This document shows, one piece after another, positions 61,870 to 64,000 of a stretch of 64,000 nucleotides of DNA (its first letter is position 1; the number at the start of each line of letters is the position of its first letter). Made by a program: the position numbers and the translations under genes. The DNA is from the human T2T-CHM13v2.0 reference genome, Homo sapiens, in NCBI RefSeq assembly GCF_009914755.1, contig NC_060945.1. The stretch is one strand, 5' to 3'. Below the pieces are notes generated by a model that was not told where the DNA came from, made no database searches, and worked only from the letters and a program-made list of their open reading frames with translations.

Positions 61870-63270
61870 GAATAATAGAAATTGGGTGTCTACTGTTGAA
61901 TAAAGAAGGTAAAAATACTTAAGGGAGAATGGCTGGAGTAAATTTGAGGTATCAGTGTGAACTTAATGATTTTCAATATAAATATAGATACATAGATATA
62001 TGTGTATGTGAGTTTGTATATGCACACACATAATTTTCTAGCTATCCTGTAAGGAGTCCTGAAAGCAATGGCACACTGGCAGTAATTAGCACAAACCAAG
62101 TCCCCAGATTTTGGGTTCTATATTCATTCTCCAATAAAAGAAACCTGATTCTTTGAGAAATGGCTGATTTCAGGGCATGGGTTAGAAAACAAATGAGATA
62201 AATCTAGAGCATTCTATCATGGCAAAATGTAAGAAAGCTTATTCAAAGATTAATGGGGACATTTTAAAAGAACAAAAAAAGTTGAGTTGAAGGGAACCCA
62301 CTGATTAAACCTGCAAAAATTTTAGCATCAAAATAATGATAATAACATATTGTAACCTCTTGAATAAAGTAGGAATAGAAAATAAGCTCCTGCCTTATAG
62401 TAGAATGCCAACTAACAAATATAGAAGGGAGGATGGAATTAGAAAAGCACCGCTTGGCAATAATCTTAGAAATCATTGATTCAGAAAAGGATTATCAATG
62501 GATGCTAAAATTAGTAGATGAGTATTTGATGAGGAACAGGCTATTTACATAGTCTGAAAGTATGTTTCCACAAAATACTTTTATTTACTTGTTATTTAAT
62601 AAGTTTGAGATACTTATTAATTAACATTAAAATGAAGAAAATCTGACAGATTATTTTAAACAAATGGTAAATGATATCATCAATAGTCCAAATATTTATG
62701 CCTTCTATTAGGATGGACTAAGAACAGTGCATTATTTTTGTGGTATTCCTGCCAAAAACATGCATAACTGAAAATAAATTATAAGAAAACACCACAGAAA
62801 ATCTGTATCTTTTTTAAAAGTCAAGGCCATGATACATGAAGAAAGATTTCAAAAGTCTAAGAGGTATGGCCTTTAAATGCAATGTGTGCTCCTGAATTGG
62901 TTCATTGACCAAAAAAGAAATGAAGAAAAGGGGAAACAATTTATTTTACTCTATAATGGGCACTATAAGGAAAACTGGGAAAATCTGAAGTTCTGGGAAT
63001 TAGACAACAGTATTGCATTAACGTTAATTTTCTTATTTTGTTGGGTGTATTAGGGTTATAAAGAAGAATTCCTTTGCTTTTAGGAAACAGAAAATTTCAG
63101 GAATTTGGGCCGTCATGTCTGCAACTTGTAAACAGCTCAAAACAGAAAAAGAGAGAGAAGAAAAATGTACAATGTTAAAAATTGTGGAATCTGGACAAAG
63201 TTTGTAGAGTTCTTTGCACTGTTCTTACAACTATTCTGAAAGTTCAAAATTAAAATTTAACCCAAAAATA
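61870..63270 (+). mobile_element. Old L1MC/ME 3' UTR remnants
   Basis: TTCTCCAATAAAAGAAACCTG, TCAATGGATGCTAAAATTAGT and TTCTTTGCACTGTTCTTACAACT motifs. Confidence 0.65.
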
Positions 63271-63407
63271 CTATTGATATATCTTAAAATTCAAACTCTA
63301 TTTTACTTCCTCACTGTTTGTAATTCTGTTAAGGCCATAAGGGTTTGTAAAATAAATGCCAGAAAAGCTTGCAGACAACTTTTACTTTCTACTCTTCCAC
63401 ATATCTC

Positions 63408-64000
63408 TTTTAAACAAATTTTTGTCAAAATTTTGTGAGTACATAGTAGGTATATGTATTTATGGGTACATGAGATGTTTTGATACAGGCATGCAATGTG
63501 AAATAAGCACATCATGGAGAATGGGGTATCCATCCCACATGCGTTTCTTCTTTGAGTTACAAACAATCTAATTACATTCTTTAAGTTATTAAAACATATA
63601 CAATTAAGTTATTATTGACTATAATCACCCTATTGTGCTATCAAATAGTAGGTCTTATTCATTCTTTCCATTTTTTTGTACCCATTTACCATGCCTCCCC
63701 CCAACCTCCAACTACCTTTTTCCTCACCTCTGGTAACCATCCTATTCTCTATGCCCATGAGTTCAATTAATTTGATTTTTAAATCCCACAAATTAGTGAT
63801 AACATGTGATGTTTGTCTTTCTGTGCCTGGCTTATTTCACTCAACATAATAATCTCCAGTTCCATCCATGCTGTGGCAAATGACTGGATGTCATTTTTTA
63901 CTGCTGAATAATACTACATTGTTCATATTTACCACAATTTGACACTTAGGTTACTCCCAAATCTTAGTTATTGTAAACAGTGCTGCAGTAAACACAGGTG
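63408..64000 (-). mobile_element. L1PB3/4-like 3' end, continuing beyond the window
   Basis: TTTTGTGAGTACATAGTAGGT...AATAAGCACATCATGGAGAATGGGGTATCCATCCC. Confidence 0.88.

Overview
This is repeat-dense primate (most likely human) non-coding DNA. I can support no cellular protein-coding exon, RNA gene or CRISPR array, and the ORF track is almost entirely retroelement debris or chance ORFs. Main content: (i) two same-strand HERV-H proviruses, namely the 3' end plus LTR7 of one (1-1106) and a complete 5.8-kb deleted-type provirus (16992-22764) with TTGAG target-site duplication (TSD), tRNA-His primer site, splice donor, gag zinc knuckles and pol remnants; (ii) three long old LINE-1s (6952-10929, 38598-46387, 48061-56094) plus shorter L1 3' ends; (iii) two decayed ERVL-type elements; (iv) MaLR/ERVL solo LTRs, about 14 Alus or Alu monomers, and MER30, MER58 and hAT remnants. 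I did not find a convincing new biological system. The best leads are mechanistic footprints: a 95-bp identical patch shared by the 3' LTRs of two different HERV-H proviruses (candidate ectopic gene conversion), an old L1 with a very asymmetric twin-priming inversion, and a full-length L1PB-like element with an apparent 3' transduction inside its TSD. Subfamily names come from recalled consensus sequences, alignments and counts were done by eye, and all need Dfam/RepeatMasker confirmation.
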